A stretch of 64,000 bases of DNA, taken from NCBI GenBank assembly GCA_016192915.1, contig JACPTF010000007.1:38623-102622 (forward strand), written 5' to 3'. How positions within the stretch are numbered: the stretch's first letter is position 1; each line of letters opens with the position of its first letter. Positions 15,280 through 24,978 of this stretch are shown in pieces. The notes under the pieces are model-generated. The model did no database searches. It worked only from the letters and a program-made list of their open reading frames with translations, and was not told where the DNA came from. This DNA is from Candidatus Woesearchaeota archaeon. GTDB taxonomy: Archaea; Nanobdellota; Nanobdellia; Woesearchaeales; UBA10216. The translations under genes were made by a program, and so were the position numbers.

Positions 15280-17040
15280 ATGAAAAACGTCTTCAAAAGT
15301 GTTTTGTTTATGTTGGTTCTTGTTTTGTCAGCGGCTTTTGTAAGCGCTGGCGCAGACCCCGTTCTTACTGACCCTGGCGCAAAAAGCGTCAACGAGGGCT
15401 CGCTCTTAAGCATTTCTTTGACATCAACCAGCCCAGATGTTGGCGGGTACACAAATTTCACGGCATGCTTGCTATCACCTAACACGGCAGCAGGGACATG
15501 CGCTGGCAGCAAGGTACCATTTGCTATTGGCACCACAACTGCAAACATTACAAACCTCAGCAATACAGCTGGCCAGTTCAACTGGACACCGGACTTCACG
15601 CAATCAGGCACTTACTTTTTCAACTTTAGCACCTCTGATGCTGATCCAACAATAAGCACAAAAGTAGTTACTGTAACCGTTGTTGACGTTCCTCCAAAGC
15701 TTACTGCGACTGCAACATTAACATTGGGCGGTGACAATCAGGAAAGAAGCAACCCAAGGCACGACACAGAAGATAAGAGAGAAATCAATGTAACGGGAAC
15801 AATTACAATAAAGAATGACGGTCCTGAACAGCTAAACGACCTTAAGGGCGTTGTAAGTGTTGCAAGCGGCTTCACAGAAAGCGACCTGAAGGTTAACTTC
15901 ACATTTCCAAAGACCACATTGGCTGTTGGCGAAAGCATAACAGTACCGGTCAGCGTGAGGGTGCCCCAGAAGCTTGATGGCGTGAACAGGGCACTTTCGG
16001 CTGTGGCTGTTAACGTTGCCTCAGTAACATTCAGCGCAACTCCTGCCGTAACTGGCGGCTCTGTGAGTGGAGCTACCAGGCTTGACTTAAAGGCGGAAAA
16101 CAACCTTGAGATAAAGGACGTCAAGGTCAGGTTTAACGGCGAGTCAGAGTCTGTTGATAACGATGACACAGTAGATAACATGAAGCCAGGCCAGACAGTT
16201 GAATTTGAGATAGAGCTCGAGAACAGGTTCAAGGAAAAGGAAGACGTTACTATTGAAGACATAGAACTCAGGGTTGTAGGCAACGGCGAGCTTGACATTG
16301 ACGAGGACGAGGACGTTGGAGACCTTGGGCCTGAAGACAAGGAAACGATAAAGCTGAGCTCTGTAATTGATGACGAAGCTGACGACGGCACTTTTGACGT
16401 TGAAATAACAGTCGAAGGCGTTGACGAGTTAGGCGCAAGGCACGGTGAGAAGTGGATAGTCAAGTTCGAGATTGAAAGGAAGAGCCACGAGATAGAAATA
16501 AAAAGCCTGACCCTCAACCCTGCAACAGTAAGCTGTGAGAAGGAAACAAGGCTTTCCGTCGACATAAGAAATTCAGGCAGAAGGGATGAGGACGAGGTCT
16601 TTGTCAGAGTGGCAAGCCCTGAGCTCGGCTTTGGTGGAGTGAGCGACAAGCTTGACGTTGACGAGGACGATGAGGAAACAGTAAACTTCAACGTTCCAGT
16701 GCCTGAAACGGTTGCAAGGCCTGCAAACTACAGGATAACTGTTGACACGTACTTTAACACTGGCACTAAAAGCAACAGCGACGTTGCGCTTCTAAGCGTT
16801 CAGAAGTGCGCTCCAGCTGAAAAGGAAGAGCAGCCTCCTGTTACAGAAGAGCCTGCAGAGCAGCCTCCTGTCGTTGTTGTTCAGCCGCCTGTTGTTGCGG
16901 AGAAGCCAGTAGCCCCTCAAGCTCCAGCCAAGAAGTCATTCCTTGAAACACCACAATACGTGGCGTTGCTTGTATTGGCTTATGTGGTCGTGCTTGGCGG
17001 CGGTGCAACTTTGCTGCTTAAGATACTGAGAAAGCCTTGA
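15280..17040 (+). CDS. cell-surface (S-layer-like/CARDB-like) protein with C-terminal TM anchor
   Basis: Signal peptide MKNVFKSVLFMLVLVLSAAFVSAG. Acidic beta-rich repeats. Pro-rich stalk (EEQPPVTEEPAEQPPVVVVQPPVVAEKPVAP) and terminal TM YVALLVLAYVVVLGGGATLLL. Confidence 0.6.
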   Translation: MKNVFKSVLFMLVLVLSAAFVSAGADPVLTDPGAKSVNEGSLLSISLTSTSPDVGGYTNFTACLLSPNTAAGTCAGSKVPFAIGTTTANITNLSNTAGQFNWTPDFTQSGTYFFNFSTSDADPTISTKVVTVTVVDVPPKLTATATLTLGGDNQERSNPRHDTEDKREINVTGTITIKNDGPEQLNDLKGVVSVASGFTESDLKVNFTFPKTTLAVGESITVPVSVRVPQKLDGVNRALSAVAVNVASVTFSATPAVTGGSVSGATRLDLKAENNLEIKDVKVRFNGESESVDNDDTVDNMKPGQTVEFEIELENRFKEKEDVTIEDIELRVVGNGELDIDEDEDVGDLGPEDKETIKLSSVIDDEADDGTFDVEITVEGVDELGARHGEKWIVKFEIERKSHEIEIKSLTLNPATVSCEKETRLSVDIRNSGRRDEDEVFVRVASPELGFGGVSDKLDVDEDDEETVNFNVPVPETVARPANYRITVDTYFNTGTKSNSDVALLSVQKCAPAEKEEQPPVTEEPAEQPPVVVVQPPVVAEKPVAPQAPAKKSFLETPQYVALLVLAYVVVLGGGATLLLKILRKP

Positions 17041-17054
17041 ACATATAAACTGGG

Positions 17055-17082
17055 CTTTTTTCTTTATTTTTTTATTTTTCTT
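17055..17082 (+). terminator. T-rich terminator tract
   Basis: cttttttctttatttttttatttttctt after the surface-protein gene. Confidence 0.5.
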
Positions 17083-17153
17083 ATCCAAACTAGGGCGGCT
17101 GGCTTTGCACAACTCTTAAAAATCAAGGCGGATTATGCAGTACGGTTTGCACA

Positions 17154-17675
17154 ATGCTAACATACAAGGGCACACTATCGCTGTACGGCCCTGTCCAACC
17201 AAGCGGTTTAGAAAACCCCAGCCTGATTATTGAGACTATGGGGCCGCTAACTGCCGAAGTGCTCGAATCAATAGGAAGCGGCATTTCAACTGCTGTAGCA
17301 ATGCGTGACTTGTCGATGAAAGTTCTAGATGCACTAATGCCTTCGCAGTCTTCAGTAACTGACGACCCAGCAACTGGCGAACGGTTGTGGGGATACTTTA
17401 ACGGAAAGGTGTTTGCCAGGTTCTTTCCAAAAGCTCTCCAAGGCACTACAGTTCAAGCTTACCTGCGAGACTACCCCTGGATTGGTGGTTTGAAAGCAGA
17501 AGTCCAGCAATCAGACCATCTGGGCTTAAGCACGAATTATATGGCTTTAAGCGTTGAAGCCCAAAGTTCAGATGCGCAAACACTTGCGAATTTTAAAGAT
17601 TCATTAGAAGCAGTGGTAACTACGCTTCCAATAACGGAAAGAACTAACCTAGTTCGTCTTATTCTGGCCAGGTAA
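17154..17675 (+). CDS. hypothetical protein
   Basis: 173 aa ORF, preferred over antisense 17123..17446. Confidence 0.35.
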   Translation: MLTYKGTLSLYGPVQPSGLENPSLIIETMGPLTAEVLESIGSGISTAVAMRDLSMKVLDALMPSQSSVTDDPATGERLWGYFNGKVFARFFPKALQGTTVQAYLRDYPWIGGLKAEVQQSDHLGLSTNYMALSVEAQSSDAQTLANFKDSLEAVVTTLPITERTNLVRLILAR

Positions 17676-17677
17676 CC

Positions 17678-18508
17678 TCAGAACCTCTTTGGCTTCCTTG
17701 TCTTGAACTGCTTGTTAATGAACTCGTCAATCCTTTCCACGAAACCCTGAGCCTCCTTAAACAGTGTGTCAAGATAAGCGCCCTTAATCTCCCTAATCTC
17801 GCGGTGCATTATCTTTTTCTGCAAAAGGTAAAGCTTGTTCACAATCACAGCATACTTCCTGTCAAGATGATTCGGCTTGACAAGCTTCTCCTCCAGTATG
17901 AATGCCACATGGTCCGGGCTCGGAGGCGTCTCGCCAAGCATCATAAGCGCAGCGTGGGCAGCGTCAATGACCGCCCAGTACATGTCAATGACAGCCTGGA
18001 GGACGTGCCATTTCGCGTTGTGCAAAGTCCTGGGAGCCCTCGCAAAGTAAGTCCACACAGCCTCCTCGCTAGGCCTTATCCTGCCCCTCATCAGCAATGC
18101 CCGGAGCGGGTCGAAAAAGCCGGTATCCAGCAAGGCAACGCCATCGCGCAGGATGTTCATGCCAATCGGATCGCCAGCCCTGATGTACTCCCAGAACGTG
18201 CTAAGCTTAATTGTAGTGACGTGAAGCCTCGTTGACACGTCAGTAACCATCTTCTCAACAATAATCCTGTAAGCCTCAACAAGCTCCTGAGTAGGGGTTA
18301 CGGTAACGTCATCAACAACAACAAGGATATCAACATCGCCTGCCTTGCTGGCAATGTGCTTTGCAGTGCTGCCAAAAACAACTATTGCCTTGAGAAAGTC
18401 GCCAAACTCGCCGTGCATGCGCCTTGCAAACTCGTAAGCAATCTTCAGCTCTTCCTTATTGTAGCCCTTAATGTTAGGATTTTGCTGTTTTGGAACCTGA
18501 AATTCCAT
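17678..18508 (-). CDS. nucleotidyltransferase-domain protein with helical C-terminal domain
   Basis: VVFGSTAKH...GDVDILVVVDD (GS...DxD Pol-beta NTase motif). ATG start at 18508 (MEFQVPK). Confidence 0.6.
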   Translation of the reverse strand: MEFQVPKQQNPNIKGYNKEELKIAYEFARRMHGEFGDFLKAIVVFGSTAKHIASKAGDVDILVVVDDVTVTPTQELVEAYRIIVEKMVTDVSTRLHVTTIKLSTFWEYIRAGDPIGMNILRDGVALLDTGFFDPLRALLMRGRIRPSEEAVWTYFARAPRTLHNAKWHVLQAVIDMYWAVIDAAHAALMMLGETPPSPDHVAFILEEKLVKPNHLDRKYAVIVNKLYLLQKKIMHREIREIKGAYLDTLFKEAQGFVERIDEFINKQFKTRKPKRF

Positions 18509-18697
18509 GATTTGCCCTCTTTTTTTACTCTGCTGACGAGTGTGATGGCTGCAATTGCCGTCAAATGGCGTCTGCAAGCGTCTGCAGCTACAGCTAACAG
18601 CCATAATCCCAATCCGTATTTAAAAAAGTATCGTTAGACTTCGAAAAGAAGGCACTTTACATAAAGTTATTAAAATGCGGCAGCTGCCCCTAGCATA

Positions 18698-19903
18698 ATG
18701 TACGGTGCCTACCTAACCCAATCCGGCAGAGGCTATTCTGGCCACAACAGCTATTCAGCTTCTGGGCTTGAGAATGCAGTTCAAAGAGCTTACACTGGCA
18801 GCCGCAATAGCGGCAGCAACAACAGCGTTCATGCCAGAGAGTACAGCATGAGCTATGTTGCAATGAAAGCTACACTGAACCCGTACTCCTCAATCTACTC
18901 GGAAAGCAGCCGAAGTTCTTCATCGTGCCTGTCAGTTTCAGGAAAAGATTCGGCAACAACGGTAAGTAATGGAGCTATTTATCATTTACAACCTGCACTG
19001 TTCCTCAACCGCAACAGGCCAAAAACCCGCTTTATCGCGGCTGCCGTTGAACTATCCGAATTCATCAAAGAGGCATTTGCAAAGATGATGAATAAGGCGT
19101 TGCCTGAAGACATAACTATGACAGTAGCTACGAGGGAATTACTTCAGCAGTTGCATCTCCAATTCTTAAACCCTGCAGTTGTTGGGCTCTCGCTCAACGG
19201 CAGTGACAGGGAAATATTTGCAGTGGCTGGAAACATGGATGAGGTAATGCTCGTAATCGGGCACGAGCTTGGGCACGTCCTTACCCCAATGCTAAGCAAC
19301 GTGCAGGCAGAGGAAGCCAAGGCTTTCGCGTTCGAAATGGCCTGGGCGCAAACAATCTTCGCCAATGACATCGCAGGGCTCAGGAACAGCATAAACTCTG
19401 CAGCCTTGAACATCAAACCTGCTGCAAACGGCATTCATGACCTCGCCTTTGCGTTTGTAAAGGCAGCAACCGTGGCTGGAAAGGAGCCGCTATCTCTGCA
19501 TTCAGAGCTTTCCTTGCAACAGCAGGATTTCAGCAGCGAATTTGAAGAGTTACAGCAGCCATCGCTTCAGCCAATTTCATACGTTTCCCTAACCAACTCA
19601 TCAACTCCGAGTTACCACAGCGGCGGCTACCTAAATAGGAGCAGCGTACAAAACGTGCCATGGCTGCAAAACTTCACATGGGCAGACCTCGGAACGGGGG
19701 TTTATGGCATGTACATACCGCTGACTGCCTCAATCTTCATGAACGACCGCTTACTCAGAACTGATTTGGAGCAGTTCCACAAAACACTGGGCCACGAATA
19801 CATACTCCACCATGTAATGCAGCTGCCGGACAACTATGTCACCAAGATACTGGAGGACACTATTTTCTGGGTTGATGAAGACAAAGATAAGTACAAGCAG
19901 TGA
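18698..19903 (+). CDS. hypothetical protein with HExxH zinc-metalloprotease motif
   Basis: VIGHELGHVLTP. Ser-rich N-terminal region. Confidence 0.45.
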   Translation: MYGAYLTQSGRGYSGHNSYSASGLENAVQRAYTGSRNSGSNNSVHAREYSMSYVAMKATLNPYSSIYSESSRSSSSCLSVSGKDSATTVSNGAIYHLQPALFLNRNRPKTRFIAAAVELSEFIKEAFAKMMNKALPEDITMTVATRELLQQLHLQFLNPAVVGLSLNGSDREIFAVAGNMDEVMLVIGHELGHVLTPMLSNVQAEEAKAFAFEMAWAQTIFANDIAGLRNSINSAALNIKPAANGIHDLAFAFVKAATVAGKEPLSLHSELSLQQQDFSSEFEELQQPSLQPISYVSLTNSSTPSYHSGGYLNRSSVQNVPWLQNFTWADLGTGVYGMYIPLTASIFMNDRLLRTDLEQFHKTLGHEYILHHVMQLPDNYVTKILEDTIFWVDEDKDKYKQ

Positions 19904-20150
19904 TGTAAATAACGCCAGGCCAGGGAACTTCGCTTCTTCAGCAGAAGCTTCGAACCCTGATGTCCTTGGGGGACAACCGTTTTTCAGACGGTCGCAGGTA
20001 CCACATCCCGCCTGCCTGGCGTGCAGCAGACGTCTGCCGCAACAAAAAAATGAAATTCTAAGATTGATATGCCTTGCCCTTCAAAAGTTGAAAAATATTC
20101 GGCATATCCAGAAAGATTGCGGCAGGTGTCATAAAGTTTTCAAAAAATTA

Positions 20151-20187
20151 TCAAAAAGCCGGAAAATTTTCAAAAAAGCCGGAAAAT
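20151..20187 (+). repeat. direct repeat TCAAAAAGCCGGAAAAT x2
   Basis: 20151-20167 and 20170-20187 (one extra A), just upstream of the TATA at 20199. Confidence 0.6.
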
Positions 20188-20198
20188 CTCGACGAAAG

Positions 20199-20210
20199 AT
20201 TTAAATATAA
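20199..20210 (+). promoter_or_regulatory. TATA box ATTTAAATATAA
   Basis: Same TTTAAATATAAG box as at 21046 and 56257. The downstream HAD gene has its own TATA-like CTTTATTAACC at ~20319. Confidence 0.4.
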
Positions 20211-20220
20211 GCATCCTTTA

Positions 20221-20297
20221 TGATGTAACGTCCTTGGGAGAAACCTTCGGGTGTGGATACCACATTCTGGAACCCGATTTTCTTTATTTTTTTGTTT
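20221..20297 (+). ncRNA. candidate small RNA (function unknown)
   Basis: Starts ~22-30 nt after the TATA and ends in ttttctttatttttttgtttt. Shares TGATGT..GTCCTTGGG..TACCACAT with 19958-20008. Contains hairpin TGTGG-ATA-CCACA. Confidence 0.25.
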
Positions 20298-20351
20298 TAA
20301 CGTTGGTTTGATTAAGAAACTTTATTAACCACTTCACTAGCTAAATAAGCC

Positions 20352-21050
20352 ATGATAAAAGCCGTCCTGTTCGACCTCGACAACACCCTGATTGACTTCA
20401 TGAAGGTAAAGAAGAGCAGCGTTGACGCTGCAATTAATGCAATGCTCGCAGCAGGGGTCAAGGTGAAGAAGAAAAAGGCAGAAAAAATACTTTACTCCCT
20501 ATACAAAAAACACGGAATAGAGCACCAGCAGATATTCCAGAAGTTCCTCAGGGCTGTTCTTGGGAAGATAAGCTACAAGGCGCTTGCCGAAGGCATAGTA
20601 GCATACAGGAAGAAACAGTCAGGAATACTCCAGCCATACTCTGATGTCGTTCCAACGCTGAGAAAACTGCGTCAGCAGCGGCTGAAACTTGCCATAGTGT
20701 CAGACGCTCCAAGGATGAGGGCGTGGCTCCGCCTGGTTGAAATGGGCATTCAGAACTATTTTGACGCTGTGGTGTGCTTTGAGGACACCGGCCGCTACAA
20801 ACATACCGGGTTGCCATTCAAGCGCGCACTAAAGCTCCTCAAGCTGAAGCCGGAGCAGTGCCTGATGGTTGGCGACTGGCCAGAGCGCGACATTGTGGGA
20901 GCCAAGAAGCTCGGCATCAGGACTGTTTTTGCACGGTACGGAGCAACGAAGGCCATCATGAAGTCAGGGGCCGACTTTGAGGTTGACTCTGTGAAAGACG
21001 TTGTTGCCGTCGTAAATAGACAAAAGTCCAAAAAAACGCAAAACATTTAA
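20352..21050 (+). CDS. HAD-superfamily hydrolase
   Basis: VLFDLDNTL (motif I), IVSDAP (motif II), VGDWPERD (motif IV-like). Confidence 0.75.
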   Translation: MIKAVLFDLDNTLIDFMKVKKSSVDAAINAMLAAGVKVKKKKAEKILYSLYKKHGIEHQQIFQKFLRAVLGKISYKALAEGIVAYRKKQSGILQPYSDVVPTLRKLRQQRLKLAIVSDAPRMRAWLRLVEMGIQNYFDAVVCFEDTGRYKHTGLPFKRALKLLKLKPEQCLMVGDWPERDIVGAKKLGIRTVFARYGATKAIMKSGADFEVDSVKDVVAVVNRQKSKKTQNI

Positions 21051-21057
21051 ATATAAG
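21046..21057 (+). promoter_or_regulatory. TATA box TTTAAATATAAG
   Basis: 30 nt upstream of ATG 21076 (leaderless). Confidence 0.5.
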
Positions 21058-21075
21058 TGGTATTTTCTTAGACTT

Positions 21076-21942
21076 ATGAGATTTTCAAAAACAGAATTAA
21101 AAGTATTATGGCAGATAGCTATGGGGAACAGGCAAGTTTCTGAAATAGCTTTAGCCCTGAACAAAGACAAAAGCCGGATCTACCGAATTCTGAAAAGCCT
21201 TGAAAAGAAAGGCTTTGCAGCATTAAAGAACGGCGTAATCACTCCTTCGGGAAATACGGGTCTGAATATTCTTCTCCAAGAACTCTCAAGGCAGCCGAAT
21301 ATTATTGAAAGCCTGTCCGGGTGCGGCATAAAGCTGTTTACGGCAATCATCGAGCCTAAACCTATCCCAAAAATAATCAAAGAAACGGGCATAAAAAGAA
21401 GCACTGCTTTCCATAAATTAAAGGAAGCTTCAAGAAACAATTTTGTAAACATGTCTGAGGGAAACTATTTCTTTAACGGAAAGATTTGGCCAAAAGTTAA
21501 GGAGTTTCTGGTCGAATTGAAGAAACACGAGGAAACAGTTGATAAAAGAGTTCCTCCGGGATCAGTTATTTACTACAAAAATGAGAAGGAGATTGTTTTT
21601 TCGACCAAAATTGAATGTGATGCCATGTTCACTGGCTTTTCTGCCTATGAGAAATTTGGCATTAAATTGCTTCCTATAGACCACACGTACTATCTTCCAA
21701 AAAAAGCTCTGGCTAAACAGGAAGTATTTCTGCATTCCCTGTATAGGGCAGAGAAAGAAGGGGATGCAAGAGACTTTATCTTCATTGCGCTTTTCTATCT
21801 TAAGCACAAAAGCGAGCTAAAAGGCATCAAGCATGAAATAATTTGCAATATTAATAAAATTCTTCAGGGTGAAAAGGTCAAATACTATCCTACTCTTGAT
21901 GAGATAAAAGAAAGGGCTGGCGTATATGATATCAAACTTTGA
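21076..21942 (+). CDS. wHTH transcriptional regulator-like protein
   Basis: N-terminal LKVLWQIAMGNRQVSEIALALNKDKSRIYRILKSLEKKGF is a winged helix. Low-GC gene. Overlaps the next gene by 17 nt. Confidence 0.55.
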   Translation: MRFSKTELKVLWQIAMGNRQVSEIALALNKDKSRIYRILKSLEKKGFAALKNGVITPSGNTGLNILLQELSRQPNIIESLSGCGIKLFTAIIEPKPIPKIIKETGIKRSTAFHKLKEASRNNFVNMSEGNYFFNGKIWPKVKEFLVELKKHEETVDKRVPPGSVIYYKNEKEIVFSTKIECDAMFTGFSAYEKFGIKLLPIDHTYYLPKKALAKQEVFLHSLYRAEKEGDARDFIFIALFYLKHKSELKGIKHEIICNINKILQGEKVKYYPTLDEIKERAGVYDIKL

Positions 21943-22588
21943 GCCGTTGGATGAATTGTTCAATGTGCTGAACAAAGTATTGGGCGAGAAGGTACATTTC
22001 TATGTAATCGGTGGAGCCGTCATGCTGTATCATGGCCTAAAGGTTGCAACAAAAGATATCGACATTGTTGTTGACAGCAAAAAGGAATTCCTCGAAACAG
22101 AAAAAGCGCTTAAGAAAACAGAATTTACAACAAAACTCCCTTCAACAGAATACAAGAAATTTGATCTCAACCAGATATTCATTAAAGAAGGTTTCAGGAT
22201 TGACTTGTTTCAAAGGACGGTGTGTAGTGGGTTCATTCTTTCTGAAGGGATGAAGAAAAGGGCTCAAAAAGTAAGAGACCTAGAGCACCTCACAGTTTCT
22301 TTATGCTCAACAACAGATATTTTCCTGTTCAAAACATTCACAGAGCGTGAAGGAGATATAGCTGATTGCATTTCACTTACTCGAAGTGCAATTGACTGGG
22401 ATATGATGCTTGATGAAATAGATAAGCAGATGAAAATCTCTGGAAACAAGGTTTGGATTACTTACATAGGGGAGAGAATGGACTTACTTCTTGAACGAGG
22501 CGTAAGGATACCAATAATTGGCAAAATTGACCGGCTAAGAGAGGAGTATTTTGCCGAAGCCGAAAAGAGGCTAACAACTAAAAATTAA
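21926..22588 (+). CDS. minimal nucleotidyltransferase-fold protein
   Basis: FYVIGGAVMLYHGLKVATKDIDIVVD (GG...DxD). Confidence 0.45.
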   Translation: MISNFEPLDELFNVLNKVLGEKVHFYVIGGAVMLYHGLKVATKDIDIVVDSKKEFLETEKALKKTEFTTKLPSTEYKKFDLNQIFIKEGFRIDLFQRTVCSGFILSEGMKKRAQKVRDLEHLTVSLCSTTDIFLFKTFTEREGDIADCISLTRSAIDWDMMLDEIDKQMKISGNKVWITYIGERMDLLLERGVRIPIIGKIDRLREEYFAEAEKRLTTKN

Positions 22589-22744
22589 AAGGTTAGGAGC
22601 GGAACGTGGTTATGGAAGTTGCAAAAAAAGCTTTCGATTTCTCGCAAACAATAATCGTTACTATTTAGTAGTTAAAAACCGAAAGATTTATATACGGAAC
22701 TTTCCAGAATAGATCCAGAATAAGGGCAGTTTAGGGGTTAAAAG

Positions 22745-23839
22745 ATGACTAAGGGAATATCTGCAACTGAGGAAGGAAGGTTTAACAAGCTTGCAGATGG
22801 AATTGCAACGCTACTTGGCGGGCTTGCTGCTGACGCATATTCGCAGGAAGGTGATGTAGGCAGAGGCGTCTCAGATTCGCTGCAATTTGGCGGCCGCTTC
22901 CCTGCATTTCTCCAGATGTACGTTGACAAGCATGTTTACTGTGGCATAAAGGAAGGCCCGTACGCCGCATTCAGCGAAGCAGTCCACGAAGCTGACAGGC
23001 AGCTTTTGCCAGCCATTGTTAAACAAATCAAGGAGCGCGGCATCAGGACAGTATACTCCCTAGGCCCGACTCCTGAACTTGATGCAGAACTTCTTAAGAT
23101 GCTTGCTGAGCAGAACATTCCCGTAAGGTATGTTGCTGTTGACATAAGCCCTTCAACGCTTTTCAAGGCAAAGGACAAGATATCCGATCATATTGGCACG
23201 CATAGAGGCAGCGAAGTGACCCTTGACGAAATCCTTGGCAGCTTTGAGAGCATTAGCAGCAGCGAGAAGTCCTTGGTCATAATGACCGGCGTAACAGTGT
23301 CAAATTATCCTGATTCGCTATGGGAGGTTGCGGCCAGAATTGCCAGGCCCGGAGGGCTTGTAATCGCCGACTCTGGCACAACCCCCGAACATTCACGTAA
23401 AGAGTCAGCATACTGGAAGAAGTACTGGATGAGCATGTACAACGCCCCAGCGCATAGGAAAATGCTGATGAATGGGCTGGAACAGCTTTTGCCAGACATT
23501 TTCACTCCTGAAAACAGGCACAAGTGGCAGCTAAGGGTCCGCTACGTGCCACGCACCGGCAGCGAACAGTGGCGTGAGAGGCCCACAACCCCGAGGATAC
23601 AGGATGAGGTGCGCGTCAACAATGAAATGGATGTAAGGTGGGCAGGTAGGGAGTACCGCCTCATGCCGTCGCAAACTATTGTGCCGGTAGTTTCGTGCAA
23701 GCCGGACAGCCTTTCTTTCCTCACCAAGGCATCAGAGTACGGCCTTAATCCGGTTGCCGCAAAAGAATACTCCGTTAATTACTCAATAGAGGGTGGGCCT
23801 AAGGCGGGAGCAATCTCCGCCCTCTTCGTGGTCAAGTAG
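22745..23839 (+). CDS. putative SAM-dependent methyltransferase (EgtD/EasF-like layout)
   Basis: TVYSLGPTPELDAELLKML...YVAVDISPSTL...LVIMTGVTVSNYP...ARPGGLVIAD. The layout resembles Methyltransf_33. Assigned from memory, not from a search. Confidence 0.35.
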   Translation: MTKGISATEEGRFNKLADGIATLLGGLAADAYSQEGDVGRGVSDSLQFGGRFPAFLQMYVDKHVYCGIKEGPYAAFSEAVHEADRQLLPAIVKQIKERGIRTVYSLGPTPELDAELLKMLAEQNIPVRYVAVDISPSTLFKAKDKISDHIGTHRGSEVTLDEILGSFESISSSEKSLVIMTGVTVSNYPDSLWEVAARIARPGGLVIADSGTTPEHSRKESAYWKKYWMSMYNAPAHRKMLMNGLEQLLPDIFTPENRHKWQLRVRYVPRTGSEQWRERPTTPRIQDEVRVNNEMDVRWAGREYRLMPSQTIVPVVSCKPDSLSFLTKASEYGLNPVAAKEYSVNYSIEGGPKAGAISALFVVK

Positions 23840-24839
23840 CTTTCTCTGAAGTTGCCAGGGCAGGGAGGTATCGTATGGACCTCACCTCATAATTGAAGTA
23901 AATGTCATAATCCACCAGGATGTCGCCAAGCTGCTGCTTAAACTGCTGCATAATCTCATGCAGCTCGTTTGTGTTCCTGACCATGGCCTCAAACTCAAGC
24001 GTATACGGCCCCATTGGCTTGGTGATGTAGATGACGTTTGGATGATACCTCAGGAAGCCCGTCACCCTCGCCAGATTCTTTTCGTCAATGTCCTGAAGGG
24101 TCAGGAATACCTTGTAGTGGTCATAGCCCAAAAGCTTGTTATTAATTATGGCCCTGAAGCCAAGTATGACCTTTTTTTCTATCAAATGTTTTATCCTATA
24201 ACCTACAACCTTTGGTGTCAATCCTGTAGTTTTTGCTATCCCAACTAACGAAGCAGTTGCATCCTTGCTTAATATGTCAACGATTTCGTAGTCTGTGCCG
24301 TCCAACCCAGCGGCCTTTCCGCCCTTACCCACCACAAGCCCATCATTATCCATTTTTAGGCTTGGGTAAAGGTATTTATGCCTGAACTCGCGCACCCAGT
24401 AAGCTATTGACACATGCTGGTTCTGGAAGTGCTGCCCAAACAGGTTGTTGAGCTCGTCATAAGTGGCTTCTATTTCGCCCAAAGAGCGGGCAAGGACAAC
24501 AAGCACAATGTCCCACCTGCCCTCCCCAGATATGGTCCAGGAAATGTTTCTGTGCTTTGCGCAGAATGCCAACAGTTCGTCCTGCTTCTCAGCAGGCATC
24601 TTCCTGTACTTGAAGAACATTCTGCAATAAATGAGTCCGAGCTTAGCGGTGTCCAGTACGGTATAGTAGCCAAGGATAACTTTCCTCCGCTCGAGCTGCC
24701 TTATCCTGTAGTTCACAACCTCCCTTGACAAGCCGACCTTCTTCGCAATTGAAGACAGAGGCTGCCGTGCTCCCATGTCCATCTCGGCGAGTATCTTCCT
24801 ATCCTTAACATCCGGGGTTACTTCCGTAGTTGCAGCCAT
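23832..24839 (-). CDS. tandem Lrp/AsnC-family transcriptional regulator
   Basis: Two HTH_AsnC units (DRKILAEMDMGARQPLSSIAKKVGLSREVVNYRIRQLE and YEIVDILSKDATASLVGIAKTTGLTPKVVGYRIKHLI), each followed by a RAM-like domain. Confidence 0.75.
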   Translation of the reverse strand: MAATTEVTPDVKDRKILAEMDMGARQPLSSIAKKVGLSREVVNYRIRQLERRKVILGYYTVLDTAKLGLIYCRMFFKYRKMPAEKQDELLAFCAKHRNISWTISGEGRWDIVLVVLARSLGEIEATYDELNNLFGQHFQNQHVSIAYWVREFRHKYLYPSLKMDNDGLVVGKGGKAAGLDGTDYEIVDILSKDATASLVGIAKTTGLTPKVVGYRIKHLIEKKVILGFRAIINNKLLGYDHYKVFLTLQDIDEKNLARVTGFLRYHPNVIYITKPMGPYTLEFEAMVRNTNELHEIMQQFKQQLGDILVDYDIYFNYEVRSIRYLPALATSEKAT

Positions 24840-24978
24840 ATTTCACTAAAAACTACTATTTTATTTAAATATTTTTCGTTTTAGTAAACTTTTAGGTAGA
24901 ATATTTAATATAATAGTTTAGGTTGTATTGTCACTAATAAGTTAGTAAAATAGCATCGAGTTGGAGGGGGATGGGAAA

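Noticed and set aside
15738-16691. 317-aa minus-strand ORF inside the surface-protein gene
   Set aside because: It is antisense to an acidic repeat gene. The product is almost pure Ser/Leu/Thr low complexity, typical of a GAN-codon shadow.
19901-19960. Box C/D sRNA overlapping the stop codon of 18698..19903 (GTGATGT ... CTGA, ~60 nt apart)
   Set aside because: The C box is imperfect (UGAUGU). I found no convincing C'/D' boxes or terminal stem. Kept only as part of the broader sRNA-candidate note.
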